Shown: positions 1 through 12,598, counted from the stretch's first letter. The stretch is 64,000 nt of DNA from Neoechinorhynchus agilis (GCA_051530055.1 CM121342.1:7200691-7264690), one strand, 5' to 3'. Program-made: numbers and translations. Notes: generated by a model not told the origin, from the letters alone.

Positions 1-2
1 TT

Positions 3-1166
3 ATTCTGTCCCTTGAAAAAATCAAGTACAGATTGCAGGTAATTCTCAAACGTGATGACAAGACTTCAAAAGTGGACCCTCAAATCGAAGCGGAAAAGAT
101 AAAATTAGAAAATGAGAAACGAGCGAACGACGAGTCCCAAGAGTACGAGGCAAAAAAAGCAAAGCTGTTAAAAAGATTGCCTAAAATAATTTTTAAGCCG
201 ACGATGCCTTCCAATCTCTCTAAAACGGATGAAGCTTCCAAAAGTGAAATGGATGCCTCTTCGCAAATCAACGGTGAAGTTGAACAAAAAGCACCAACCG
301 AATCCGGCAAAACTGCCGTTTATATGGGCGAAGGGCGTTGGATTGAACGATACTCTACGGCTGTTTCAGGTTCACTAAAGTCCCTGCGTAAAAGACTGCA
401 TTGCGGATTGAACGAACAGTTTGCCGTGACCAACACTGCGTGGGTCCGTCAAATCCTTGCGAAGATTATCTTAAGAAACACAACCAAAGCTGAAATTGAA
501 GAATCTGGGATTGTAGAAGTTATAGAAAAAATGGCCAAAAATGAAAGTGATGAAGCCACAAGTAAAATTATTAAAGAAGTCCTGATAAAACTAAAGCAAT
601 TGTGTCGAAAAGCAGAAAAGAAAAAGGAATGCGATTTTACTAAAGATGCGACCAAATCTCGAAAGCGGAAATTAATTCATCCAGATGATTTCTTTGTCCG
701 AGAAGCAAAAGTACATTCAGAAAAGAAGCCGCGGTCAACAAATGATAAAAGTTCTTCGAACAAAAGAACTAAGAAATCTAGAGAAAAGATTGAAGTGAAT
801 GCAGAAATGAGCATGGAGCAACTCTGCGCCGTGCTGCGGAGAAACCTCGAGGAAGATTCGACGGTAAAGAACCAAGCGCTGGCAATACGAATATTTAAAG
901 CCATGGCCCAGAAAAACATCACGCAAGATGATATCCGGGATAATCAGCTTGGAAAACTTCTTCACGATGTTAAATTCAACATTAATAACGGACGCCATAG
1001 TAACCGAATCGATAAAATTACAATTAAAATGAGGGCTGCATTTCCGATGCGTGGGCGGAATTCCGTAGCGATGATGGCTACTGCGAGTTGTAACTCGCGG
1101 ACGGAACCGCGGAAACGATCGGCTCCTGTGGACGAGGAAATCGACAGGAAAAGGAAAGCTTCTTAG
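3..1166 (+). CDS. 5'-partial K/E/S-rich protein with two TFIIS-N-terminal (TND/Med26/IWS1)-like repeats
   Basis: Frame is open from the window start (ILSLEKIKYRLQVIL...). Segments ILAKIILRNTTKAEIEESGIVEVIEKMAK and IFKAMAQKNITQDDIRDNQLGKLLHDVK resemble the TND pattern L..L...PIT...L..T.IG..V..L.K. Basic NLS-like stretches (KSRKRK, RKRKAS). Domain call is by eye. Confidence 0.55.
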   Translation: MLSLEKIKYRLQVILKRDDKTSKVDPQIEAEKIKLENEKRANDESQEYEAKKAKLLKRLPKIIFKPTMPSNLSKTDEASKSEMDASSQINGEVEQKAPTESGKTAVYMGEGRWIERYSTAVSGSLKSLRKRLHCGLNEQFAVTNTAWVRQILAKIILRNTTKAEIEESGIVEVIEKMAKNESDEATSKIIKEVLIKLKQLCRKAEKKKECDFTKDATKSRKRKLIHPDDFFVREAKVHSEKKPRSTNDKSSSNKRTKKSREKIEVNAEMSMEQLCAVLRRNLEEDSTVKNQALAIRIFKAMAQKNITQDDIRDNQLGKLLHDVKFNINNGRHSNRIDKITIKMRAAFPMRGRNSVAMMATASCNSRTEPRKRSAPVDEEIDRKRKAS

Positions 1167-2365
1167 GCATTGAATGCAGAAAATTCAATAAAATTAAGAG
1201 CCTTCGTCAGTAAAGGCGTCGGGGGAAGATCTTTGCAATTTTTAGGTTTAAAATTGACCGAATAAATGTGAAATCATTGGAACGAAATTATTTTTGAATT
1301 CGAGAAAAAGAATAACGTAGGAAAATTGAATCTACATTTTTAAGATTGTCAAGAAAAATAAATTCTTGTGAATAAAATGACTATTGAGTTCATGTTTATT
1401 GATCAGCGGATTTTAGTAGTTTTCTAATCGTTGAAGGCGACCGTCCATTGGAACAGTAAATAAAAAATTTAATGGCTTTCATTTTGTCCATTCCAAATGT
1501 TTAGAACTCACTGCTGCAATATTTATGAGTTATTAACAAATAAGATTTTTTTGCTTAAACAAATCAACAAATTTCGTTCTATCTTCGATCTTGAAAAAAT
1601 GCACTAATCAAGAACCATCCGAAAATGGTAATTTCGCTCCGGTCTTAACCAAGGTTTTTTGAATATTTCGTATGTCATCGACATTTGTCGAAAATTTTAC
1701 AATTTTCGTGTGAACATAAAGTAAAGTAATAAAAGGAGACGATCTTATGAAATAAAAAATGATGAGAAGTAATACAATTTTGTGATAATCTTGATATTGT
1801 TACTTTTTTGAGCGAAATAAACAATCAAATTGAAGTTGAGACAGAAAATAATTATCGAAAACATATTTATGTTTAAGGGATTGATCATTAAAAACGTTAG
1901 ATGGAAAAATGTAATTGTTTATTCGATTTTTTACGCTAGACTTTGGTCCAATAATTCGTGAATCAGACTAAAAGAATATTCCACAAAATCCAATGAAGAT
2001 CTTAGCGGAATAAAGGTTTGAAAGGAAGCAGAGAAAATTCAGTCCTAAAAAGAAATTCTTACCTACGGAAAATTTTTTTTGAACCTCCGATTTTATTGTT
2101 ATCGTTATTTTCTTTTAGCATTATAAAAAATTAAGTAACATCTCAAAAGCCTTTTGATTAATTCCGAATGCTCGAATATCGCTGGTTCAAAATAATTTTT
2201 TATCGAAATGTGCAGGTTCAACGAAAAAAAATAAATAAAAATTAAAACTTAAAAATAGTACAAAAGTTATTTTAAACAACTCCAGGCTTCGAATTTTTGA
2301 ATATTACAAGAAATCCGCCTTATTTCTATTTTTATAAACAATTTCCGAGTAAAATTGAACAAGTC

Positions 2366-4145
2366 CCATCGCCGTATCTTCGACGATACGCCGACTCGCA
2401 GGAAAAATTCTCTGCAAACGTATTACAGAGAAAACCGGACAGCAACTTCGTCCAGTCCAACTGGGCTGCTGCACATCCTGCGGGGCGGAAGCTATTGTCC
2501 ACTCGCTCCGAAACTTTGCTACGAGAAGCTCAGAGCCGTGCGTGATTCTTAAGTGTGATTTTCGGAACGCCTTTAACTCTCTCAATAGAGAAACCATGTT
2601 CCGCGCAATTATTGATCATGTCCCAGAAGCCTTCCAGTATTTTCTCAATGCCTACGGGACGGCGACTCCTTTGCTTTTCGACTCGGTCCAATCGCATTCT
2701 CACTAACAGTAAATCCAATTGGCATTGAGCTCAATGCTGGAAAAATGTGAGCTCCTTGTATTGAATATTGGAGACGCCGCCAAAGTCAAAGAACTAATGG
2801 CTGGGTTCGAGGCCGTAGCTCCAGGTCTGAAACTCGTAACTCGGGAGCAACTCAGCCTCCTGGGCAGTTGCGTCTTCGATTCAAATGTGGAAGATGAGAT
2901 CGGCCATATCATACCGAAACTTTCGTTGCTGTGCGATAGGGTGAGCGCTCTCTCGGCTAACGAAGCGTTTTTCTGATAAAGAACGCGCTCTTCATCCCCA
3001 AATTATTGTACAAGGTTCGCACAGCAACATTTTTCAAACATAAGGAAGGATTGGCTAAGCTCGACGGCAAGGTGAGGGCTTGCCTCGAACGTATTTTAAA
3101 TGTCCAGCTCTCAGATGAGGCGTGGCGACAAGCTTCTTTGCCTGTGTCATCTGGGGGATTGGGCGGCCTTTCTTGGATCGTTTGAGGGGAGCCTACCAGT
3201 CTCGAAGAACATTTTGAAGGAAAAGTTCTGTCTTGACCGGGATTTCGTGGTGGCAGTTGAAGAATGGTGCCAGCAGACAGGCGCTAACCATGTTCCCGTG
3301 AATGGCCTCAGACAGTCGATCTGGGACGGACCTCTTGTCGCGAGAGCTCACAGCTCTCTACTTTCAGGTTCTCGCGATGGGGTCGTCCGAGCTATATTGT
3401 TGGCAGTTTCGACACGAGAATCTGGGGCGTGGTTGGATGCTGTTCCTCTGGCATCAGTGGGAACTCTTCTTACTGATGAGGTAACGATGATCGCAGTGTC
3501 CTAAAGACTTGGTCTCCCGATATGCACGCCCCATCGCTGTCGATGTGGGTCTTTGGTTGATGCCTTCGGGCGACACGGTCTCGTCTGCAGAAGGTCAGTA
3601 GGAAGGTTCTCACGCCATTCTCAATAACGCAATTTCTCGGGCGTTGAGAACGACGAACTTCCCGAACATCTTGGAACCCGCCCACCTTTGTCGACTAGAC
3701 CACCGTAGGCCCGATGGAATTCCGGTCTTCCCGTGGCGGGAGGGCAAATGCCTTCTCTGGGACGCCACGTGTGTGGATACCCCCGCAGCCAGCAACATCC
3801 GCTACTCCCTCGAAATCGCCGGTGGTGCCGCCAGTGCAGCGGAAGGGAGGAAAATACGGAAATATCTTCACTTATCGAGGGCTCACTATTTTGTCCCCTT
3901 TGGGGTAGAGACGTATGGAGCGCTCGGCAGCTCGGCACTCTGCTCCAGGATCTCTCTCGAAGAAATTGAGAGAAACGACCGCAGACTCAAGAGCAGGTGT
4001 ATTCCTTCGACAAAATATCTCGCTCGCAGTACAACGAGGCAATGCTGCCAGCGTGATGGCGACGGTCGAGGAAGGACAAAAGCTGGAATTCGGCGGGAGG
4101 TGGTCAGTGTGCTTCAAACAGATTGTTTGAATTGTTAAAAATATA
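2366..4145 (+). mobile_element. Degenerate CRE-clade (RLE-type) non-LTR retrotransposon, RT to endonuclease
   Basis: Translated across frameshifts: PIAVSSTIRRLAGK, GAEAIVHSLRN, LKCDFRNAFNSLNR (RT). The GVQQGDP and YLDD segments are deleted near 2670-2720. ARLLAVS..ESGAWLDAVP, CRCG...H..C..RH knuckle, RPDG..PW..GKCLLWDATC and ISLAVQRGNAASV (RLE) follow, then an A/T-rich tail. Confidence 0.85.
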
Positions 4146-4639
4146 TTATTTGACAAAAAAATTGGACAACAAAAATTCACTTGTTCGACAAACTAAATTA
4201 ATTTTTAAGGTTAAAAATGTTTTATTGCTGCCAAATTCATATAGAAATGTGAAACGTGCCACTGCAATGTTGAAATAATTATTTCATTGCTGTCTTAAAA
4301 TCACGAACTTCTTCTATTCCATCAAAGAAACGTGTTGTAAAAATTACAGATCACAAAATTTGTCATTTTAATTTTAGATGCTGACTGAGAACGATTTCCA
4401 TAGAACATCGCCAAGAATCCCGAATCGATTTGAGAAGCAAGTGGATAATAACGATAGGGCGAAAATAGACGAGCGATTTAAGGCACTGGAAGGGAAAGTG
4501 AAGGAATTCTAGAAGGGGAACAAAATAACGAAAGAGATTTATTTCGAAGTAGAGAAATTAATGTCATCTTTTGAAGACAAATCCTATAAAAACAACTTAT
4601 CGAAAAATTTCATAAGTCCCGTTTTAAATCTTATAACAA

Positions 4640-5790
4640 CAACATTTCTTTGAACTTTTCTCCCACTTGAGAGGTCGTTCTTTTCAGCATTGTCGGTTTT
4701 CGTCTTTGTTCTCCTTTCCCAGCGTCTTGAAATCTCTGCTCACACCGTCGTTCCACCTCTTTTTGGGCCTCCCTCTTCTTTCCCCTCGAGCTCGATTCTC
4801 CATGCGAGGCGTCTTCATCTGCTTGTGTGACCTGAGGGCACCATCGCAATCCTGGTCATTTATTTTTTTCACGAAACTGGGTCATGTTTGCTAGTTCATA
4901 GCCGTAAATATGATTCCTTCTTCTTAAATTCTAGTCATCACCTAATGGAAACCTCTTGGGTTTCTCAAGAGGGTTACAATCCATTCTAAACAAAAATCTT
5001 AAAGTCAAATTACTCTTTCATACAAAAAGTCCAAACTTTGCGTTACATTGAAATCTTCAATGTCCATTTTCATCCCGAATTGTGGAATTGAAACAAACAA
5101 AAATCTTCATCGATGGATACAAAACATTTTCTTTTATTTTTTCGGTGCCCTCTGAAGCGTCCGAGCGGACACTGTACTCGTCATTGGGCTTTGGCCTGAG
5201 GCCGGAACTTACTGTAAATTGTTTCGAGATAGAAGTGAAAGTTAGAAAGCTGTTTTTCGCAGTGAGAGTTCGTTAGCGAAAATCGATGCTCTTTTTATGT
5301 TCTTTGAAAAGTGAGCCTTACCTTAACTCACGGAGAAAAACTTCTTGCGCTCTTCGCTATCTTTGATCTCGTCAATAAACACCTTACCTTGAAAGTTGCG
5401 GCGAATCCAACAGGGCTTCAAAAACTAAAATTATACTTAATTTTTACTTTCGAATACAAGGCTCTTTGAATCTTTGCTAAAAACGAAAGTGAATGAAATG
5501 TAAAAATCGTTAGAATAAATCGTGCATTCATAGATTAACTTCTTTGAGGCTAAGTCAAGAGTTTCCATCGCAAACTCTACTTATTGAACAACAAGATTTT
5601 TTTGAACTTTTCTCTCACTTGAGAGGTCGTTCTTTTCAGCATTGTCGGTTTTCGTCTTTGTTCTCCTTTCCCAGCGTCTTGAAATCTCCGTTCACACTGT
5701 CCTTCCACCTCTTTTGGGCCTCCCTCTTCTCGTTTTCCCCTCGAGCTCGATTCTCCATGTGCTCTTCACCGAGGCGTCTTCATCTGATTG
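4640..5790 (-). repeat. ~950-bp composite unit (RTE LINE 3' end plus ~750 bp non-RTE sequence), ~1.2 copies; duplicated at 23175-24160
   Basis: TTGAACTTTTCTC..ACTTGAGAGGTCGTTC recurs at ~4650 and ~5603. 4780-5720 aligns by eye with 23195-24135. Minus-strand RGRPKKRW.DGV..DFK is the RTE ORF C-terminus. Confidence 0.85.
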
Positions 5791-5829
5791 TGTCACCTGC
5801 AGGTTGTGAACTTCACTCCTTTGGAGAGG

Positions 5830-6200
5830 TTCTACGTAAAGCTCGCATTTTTAGGGGAGATTTTTCGAAGTCATCGAATCCGAGCCGAGTTTCAACCCGT
5901 TCAATGACCCAGAGAGTGCCTTCTAAATTCGCCAATGGTGAGGCGCAGTTCGCATTCTATCGTCCACCAACGAATTCGCAAGAGATGATACGAAAACTCA
6001 CGAACTTCTCAGAGATAAACATCCTCGATCCGCTGGTCATCTAGAATATTCGGAGATGATCCCCTCGTGCACTCCGTTGGAGTTCTCGGTTGATGTTGTT
6101 AAAAAAAAGCCGTTTCTTCGTTCGCAAAAGGGCCAGCCGATGGGCTAGGCAGGCTTCGGCCTCAGTACCTGAAGGGAATGATGTCTTTCTCCGTAGGTGA
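5830..6200 (+). mobile_element. CRE-clade fragment (pre-RT region)
   Basis: Reads GAVRILSS...LLRDKHPRS...VKK/AVSSFAKGPADGLGRLRPQYLKGM across an A-run frameshift, typical of the CRE region upstream of RT. Confidence 0.7.
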
Positions 6201-6299
6201 TCCGTCCCATGTTCTCCTGAACGCCTTTATCGGACTCGAGTCTAAAGATGAAGGAAGTGTGTATTTTTTTTGGAAATATCCAGTTGTGGGATATGGACG

Positions 6300-6620
6300 A
6301 ATCGTGATACGACAAAACAAAAAACTCTCAGTGCCCTCATAGGTTCTGCAAGAGGTGACCCACCGCATGGTGTTGTCTACGATATACCTCGTGGCGATTG
6401 TAGTAAGTCCTAAATTGGACAAACTAACAATCTTCCAAGCAGAATCCATGAGCATAAATATGCACTGAAGCGATGTGATGGAAATTCAGCGATTGTCAAT
6501 CACGTCAATACGACAAGACATTCCATCAATTTTGATACTGTCAAAATCTTGATGCGTAGTGGCGATCGATATTCGCGTGCGAATTCCAATGTCCTTGGAG
6601 AAGCGAGAGCAGTTGCTCTC
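6300..6620 (+). mobile_element. Penelope-like element fragment, GIY-YIG endonuclease pseudogene
   Basis: GVVYDIPRGDCSKS*IGQTNNLPSRIHEHKYALKR...SAIVNHVNTTRHSINFDTVKIL. TAA at 6411 replaces the Tyr of YIG. Confidence 0.85.
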
Positions 6621-6789
6621 TGATCGCCTGGTAAACAATTCCCAGTTGACATCGACAAAGCAACAATTTCCAAAATACTCTACCGACAAAAGGACGGCCT
6701 TTCATAGCCATTTTTAAATCCAAACCTATCCTTCCCAAACAAATCATGTACGACCAAGCAGTAAGTCCGTGGACTCGGACCTTCAAGAA

Positions 6790-9148
6790 CGATGGTATTA
6801 AAAGGATCGATCACATATTACGCCGGCAATCTACGAATCTACCTGACTTCACACAATTGGTTGGATCACTTTGTCAAGTTTTCGAAATCTAACCTCCCTA
6901 AAGAAGTCTACGATATTACGTCCAGTTCTCAAAAAGTTCAATTTCTAGTTAAAGGTGTTGAACCTTCTCTCAGCAAACAAGAACGGAACGAGTTCGAACA
7001 AACTTTTGGATGCAATATAAAGTTCTATACTCAAGAAGGACGGGCCAACCTATTCCTATTGCCATGGTAGAAGGACAATGGAATGTGCGTGATGACTTAT
7101 GTTCTCAACAATTTTGCTCCTTCAACTGCTTCGAAATTAACTTCGTGATGAAATAAAACTATGAGCAAGATGATTTCATCTTTCCGCAATGCAATATCTG
7201 TCAGCATTGGGGCCATTGGTGCCAACGCTGCCCCAATCCTTCTCACAAAAAATGTTGTCACTGTGGGGATTCCTCTCACGGTTCGGATCAAGGTACCAAT
7301 TCAAATAAACATTGCTCAAATTGTCAAGGACAGCATTCGCCTTTTTACAAAGGATGCCCACAATTCAAAAATTACTGGGCCTGGGCTCAGAATTCTCGTA
7401 TTAACGCCGTGGAAAAAGCTCATTACTACAACTAAGCAAGTAGCGCCTAAACTCAATTCATTGCTTCCAACACCCTCCTTTCGACAAGACGCCAACTCTA
7501 ACTTCTCAGGATTTTCCGGTAACGTGCCCTCTACTCAAGTGGTAACCATGGAGGTGTTAGAGAGCAAATTAAATGAAGCTTGTAACAAGATTCTAATGAT
7601 TATGCAAGCTCGTTTTACGGAGGCAATGCAGGCTTTTGAAAGAAAGATGAGCGTCTTAATTGATAAGTTAATGAACATTCCGACTATTTTTTCCTCGTGT
7701 TTACCAGAACAAAGCTCTGCAAAACTCAAAAGAGCGAATGTGTCCGGCGAGGTTGCACGAGCAGCTAAAAAGCCGAATAATGGCTCTCGCTCACAGCACA
7801 AGGATGATGTTGTGATGGATGAAGATCAATCAACTTCTGAATTCGTTGCAAGAATAATTGAAGCCCAATCCAAACTGATCGACAACGGAACAGCCAATTT
7901 GATTTCAAATGCCAATGCGAAGAAACTTTGACTCGATGGCTCAGGAGAAGCTAGGCAATGTTAAGGTGTTGCAGTGGAACTGTGGGGGTGCGACCAACCT
8001 TTTTAAGCTCACTCGATATTTACCAGGAATATCCATAGCTCTCATTCAAGAGTCAAAAAGCGTTTTTATTTTAGAGCAACTATATGTTCATCTACCCCTT
8101 TTAAAGTCTTCGGTTTTTACATCTTTCGTTCATCCTCCCTATGGACTTGCCACACAAGGGATAATTTCCATTTTTCAATCTTCCCTTGTTTCCTCACTGA
8201 TCATGTCCTATTCCTCTGTGGAATTGTCTTACAGTATTTTTAAAATACTTTTCAAAAAGAACTATCTCTCTCTTGCGGTAAAAGACAAAATCAAATGGCT
8301 CCTAGGGGCTAACATCCATCTTATTGTGGGAGATTTTAATGATCCATCCTTGAAATGGTCTCGGGCCATTGTTAACGCTGTCAATCTTTCCCATTCTCTT
8401 ATCATGCCTAACAATCCTTCCTTTCACAATATTTCCACCAACAAACACTCCTTTTTGGATCTAGTAATATTGAACAAAATTTTAAACCTTTCAATCGAAT
8501 ATGATCGCTAAGTCTCCAATTTTGTCCTCTTAGGACACGACATCTTGATTTGGTCCATTGGTCCTTTTGACAGGCTGCGCAAAGTGTATCACTTATCCCC
8601 TTTAAATTTAGCGTTTTTTCGGCTAGTTTGCGAGAAAATTTTCTTACACTTGGGGTCTGATTGCAAGTTGTCAGATATTTTACCTTTCGCAAACTCCCTA
8701 GTTAATAAAGCCGCTAATCCTTTCTTATGCCACACCGCTAAAACCTTCTCTCGCCCTTATGTGAGCCGATCACTTCGTTTTCTTGGACGCCAACTCTATG
8801 CAGCCCAACGCTCTGGGGATACCCTTCTATGCAAAACCCTATCAAGCCTTCTATGGGCTGCCCGTTGCCGACAACGAAGGGAGATCAAAAATTACGGCTT
8901 GGTTAAAATCCTCGACTTTGGAGGATATTCTTACTCAAACTTTTGACTTCTATTCCGCAGGCTCCTCGAACAACGTGCCGTCAATTTGTTTTCGTAAACT
9001 AATTCGTAATCGTACTGATATCTCATTAAATGACATTCTCGAAGTTTGGTCCACAAATCCGAAATTGGGTTCGGCTAACGACTACCCCGGGACGAAAATT
9101 TTCACCTTGCTTCCTAGGGACTGCATAATTATGGCTACGATATGTTAA
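6790..9148 (+). mobile_element. APE-type LINE (I/Jockey/R1-like): decayed ORF1 with three zinc knuckles plus ORF2 APE endonuclease, truncated before RT
   Basis: Frame from 7184 gives CNICQHWGHWCQRC, CCHCGDSSH and CSNCQGQHSPFYKGC. ORF 7909-8511 has VLQWNC, IALIQES, IVGDFN and SFLDLVI (APE motifs). Confidence 0.8.
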
Positions 9149-9149
9149 T

Positions 9150-9830
9150 GACACATTTCTCCTCGTGGAAAGCTCTATTGGCGAAGAGTCAATCTGTGAC
9201 ATTGAAGCCAATATGCTGATTGATTGATGAGGAGCAAAGGAGAAGAATATGAGAATCATAATTATCGATAAGAAACAATTTAGAAAAGCCGGTTTCTTGA
9301 AAACATAACATATCAAATATACAAGGAGTAAGAAAAACGGGAAGATGCGAAGCCTTAGAGGCATAATATGTAATGAAGGAGAAAGGAAAGTCCTTAGAAT
9401 TGGCACAAATCATTAAGAAAATTTAGGACGTTTGGAATCAATAGATTCCAAGTTACGTGAAGATGGGGAAATATTCCTTTTAGAATGTCCACAATCAATC
9501 CAGTTATTAAGAGAGTTTAGGTTAGGTAATAAAGATGATGTGCTATAGGAAGAGTCCGATACAGAACAATTATCAAGTTTGTAAAGAATCCAAGTAAGGA
9601 TGTCCTTAAGCAAGGAGATTTCTTTACCGGTACCAAGTGGAGAAGTAGAGAGGGAAGATACTAAACTTTCAAAAGAAGATTTTTCCGGAGGTTTGGGGGG
9701 AAGCTTAGAGTTGTAACCATTAGAGGGAGGTTGAGTCTTCAACTCCTTAGCGGAAAAGCCGTCCGGAGAGAAAGTTTGATGAGGATAGATTTCTCTATTA
9801 TTTTTATTATAGTAGACCGGCTGCTTCGAT
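9150..9830 (-). mobile_element. Second APE-type LINE fragment (ORF1 end and APE start), inverted
   Basis: Minus-strand CGKNHPAFARSC knuckle remnant, followed by FDMLCFQET (APE N-terminal motif). Confidence 0.65.
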
Positions 9831-10086
9831 GATAAGGAATCGTCAATGTATTTTTGCGCGAGCTTGCAAGAACGCGCAAAGGCCGGATGATTCTTGCCAC
9901 AGAAGATTTTTAGCAAATTTCGCGCTTTCAATTACTGAAATAATGAACGTATTATTAAACTCTATTGAAATTATGGATCGGAGGGCAATATCGTCGGCGT
10001 CAATAATGATGCTCGCGATTGGCTTCATTATTGGGTTAGCGGTGAGTAGAAGATTGCAGCATACAAAGTAACGAACAAAAAGTCCA

Positions 10087-11509
10087 ATGGAAAAGGCGAT
10101 TAAGACACAATTTGTTGAGGTGATCGAAGTAGCAGAACAGGAAACGGAAATGGCAGGAACGGACGGCTTTAATGAGATTATTAAGGAAATTGCGAAAAGT
10201 TTTCGCAGCTACATGAAGAATTATGGGAAAGTAGATTTAAAAAAGACGATGGAAAATGGAATTGAACGATATGGAATGAAGAGAAAGGTGAAAGAGGAAC
10301 TTTCAAATGAGATGATGAAATTCGTAGAACGGTTCCTGGCGATACAATCAATGATGTGTTTCGAAGTTTATGAAAATGACAAGGATAATGGAGAATCAAT
10401 GAATGAAGAAATGGAAATCGGCGAGGAATTTGAAGAACCTGGAGACGTGGCCAGAGAGCCAAGAAAAAGGAAGTCGGATGATGGATCGGAAATCGATTCG
10501 GAGAAAAAACGCAAAAGGTGTTTTAAAAGCGATCAATGCGAATGGTTAATATTAGTAGCCGACCTTTGCTATCAAAGCGATAAAAAAATGGAAGCTGTCG
10601 AACAAAATCAAGATTCCGAAATGCTTTGGAATGAGAGAAAGGTTGAAGCCAAAGAAGTCGCAAATGAAATGAAACAATTAATTGTTACAAACGAAGACCA
10701 AATCTTAAATAATGCGCAGAGAATAATTGAATTTAGAAAAAAACCAATGGAAAAACGGAAACATCCAAAAAGATGTTAATATTGTCGATGAGAAGAAATA
10801 TGAACCCCAGAGGATAAAAAGAATCACAAAACAAAACACAGCAACAGTTGAAGAAGATAAATCGCTGAGAGTAAAGGAAATCCGTAAACGAACGGCAGGA
10901 AATATTAATGAGGAGGGTGAAGGGGATTGGTTAAGTTCACTCGAAGAACTTGGAGCGCTAAGAGTTGATACCATTAAGTCGACAAGTGTTCAAATTGTGG
11001 CACGAAGAAAAAGAGGAAAAAAGCCAAGAAATAAGAGCCAACAATGTACATTGACCAGTAAACGTGATATTGAACCGTCCGCGGACATACACAAACAAGG
11101 CGAATCACTTCTGAATGCCGGCAGGAGTCACGGAGAAACGGGTATAAGAGGCGCTGCTGATTCAAGAAGTCGTCAAACTACACGAGCGCCCAATAAATCT
11201 TCTCTTAAACAAGCGGCCAAATCTGGGATGGATTCTAAGGAAAGTAAAGCAAAAGATATCAAGATTGAACGCTTAGTTCCGTCTCAAATACGTTCGGCTG
11301 CAGGCCGCAGAATTACTCCTCAAATTCCTCTGAGGTCTGGAATGAAGGATTCGGCCGAAGTGAAGAAGGTTTATGCTGGTGAGGGTGTTAAGATTCACAA
11401 AGTAGAACCATCGAGTTTGACGTACCATCAACAAGTCATTGCGCAAGAATCCTATGCCCGTCAAAAGTCGATGCTATATTCTAAGATTCCCTATGGTTCA
11501 GAGTATTGA
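10087..11509 (+). CDS. Uncharacterised E/K-rich low-complexity protein; two overlapping ORFs probably one gene
   Basis: ORFs 10087-10779 (230 aa) and 10727-11509 (260 aa) join if one A is removed from the A7 run at 10737-10743. No family recognised. Confidence 0.4.
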
Positions 11510-11745
11510 GTTATTCAATCAATTCCCCAAGTAAAATGAGAAAACGAAGCTCGCCAATGGATGATGAAGACGATAGAGATGGGTGGGGCCGTTCCATCGA
11601 TCAGTTTGGAGAGCTGATTGACACCGAGAAAGACGGCGAACAACCACAAGGATCGATGGATGGTCGGCAGCAATGCGCTTCAACTGCCAGTTGAAACTAT
11701 CGATGAAGACGATTGTGGAAGACCAATCGATGAACTTGGAGCGCT

Positions 11746-11901
11746 AAAAATTAACAAAGAAGATGACCGTAACTCAAATAAGTTAAGAAAAATTCGTTAA
11801 AATTTAACAAAGAAGATGACCGTAACTCAAATAGGTTAAGAAAAATTCGCTAAAATTTAACAAAGAAGATGACCGTAACTCAAATAGGTTAAGAAAAATT
11901 C
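11746..11901. repeat. 53-bp tandem repeat, ~3 copies
   Basis: AGATGACCGTAACTCAAATA starts at 11761, 11814 and 11867. Confidence 0.95.
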
Positions 11902-12598
11902 TAAAGCGAAGCTCTTGAACGGTATGCAAGAAAAGCAACATCAAGTACTGATATTAAAGGGCTACTTTTATTGGTGTCAAATAGATTAATCTAAGATGGT
12001 TAAAGTTGTCGAACGGAGAAATCTTCATCCATGGCATTATAAGACATTTAAAGGAGGCACAGAAAATTAGACAGTGAAGTTGAAGAAGGTAACTTTGTTC
12101 GTTTTGTGGATTTTTGAAGAGATTGAAATTCAAATTAAATTCTGTAGATTCTTCATACCTTTGCCGTATAAAATGTTGGGATGTGCTATGCATTATCGAT
12201 TTTTTCCATTGTCATTGTCGATTAGCGGTTCGGAAGGCATTTGATTAATATGATTTTTGCAAAATCAACAGTCTTTACTTGATTAAATTGGCGATGCAAT
12301 CAGATTTTCTGCATAATTCTTTAAACTTCGGATGCAATGCAAAAATCTTAAAGGCGGTTCTATTACTTATTTTTATTTACATCGATTGTAGACAATGAAC
12401 TAAACGTGGATTTTGATCTTCATTGAGAAATTATGACTGGATGTTTCTATGGAGCCATAGATTGGATCCGTGGAAATATCCATCAAATTATCTGCTGACA
12501 AATGATCACGAAACTGTATTGGTACCCTCATCGTTATTTTTTGATCGGAAATATCGCCACCTTAATGACCACAATTTTCATTGCAGAATGCAATTCAC

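Noticed and set aside
2350-4175. AAAATTG(A/G)ACAA as a TSD of the first CRE copy
   Set aside because: A short, AT-rich, imperfect match that is expected by chance.
5290-5450. 20-30-nt micro-introns on the minus strand (GTAAGG...AG)
   Set aside because: Several incompatible splice choices give only short unrecognisable peptides; not supportable without RNA data.
7161-7440. N-terminal half of the track's 256-aa ORF as real protein
   Set aside because: The zinc-knuckle-encoding frame is the one starting at 7184; the track frame is probably correct only after ~7440.
10732-10746. Programmed -1 frameshift at A AAA AAC
   Set aside because: The heptamer is in the downstream ORF's frame and the required shift is +1. 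A homopolymer indel is more likely.
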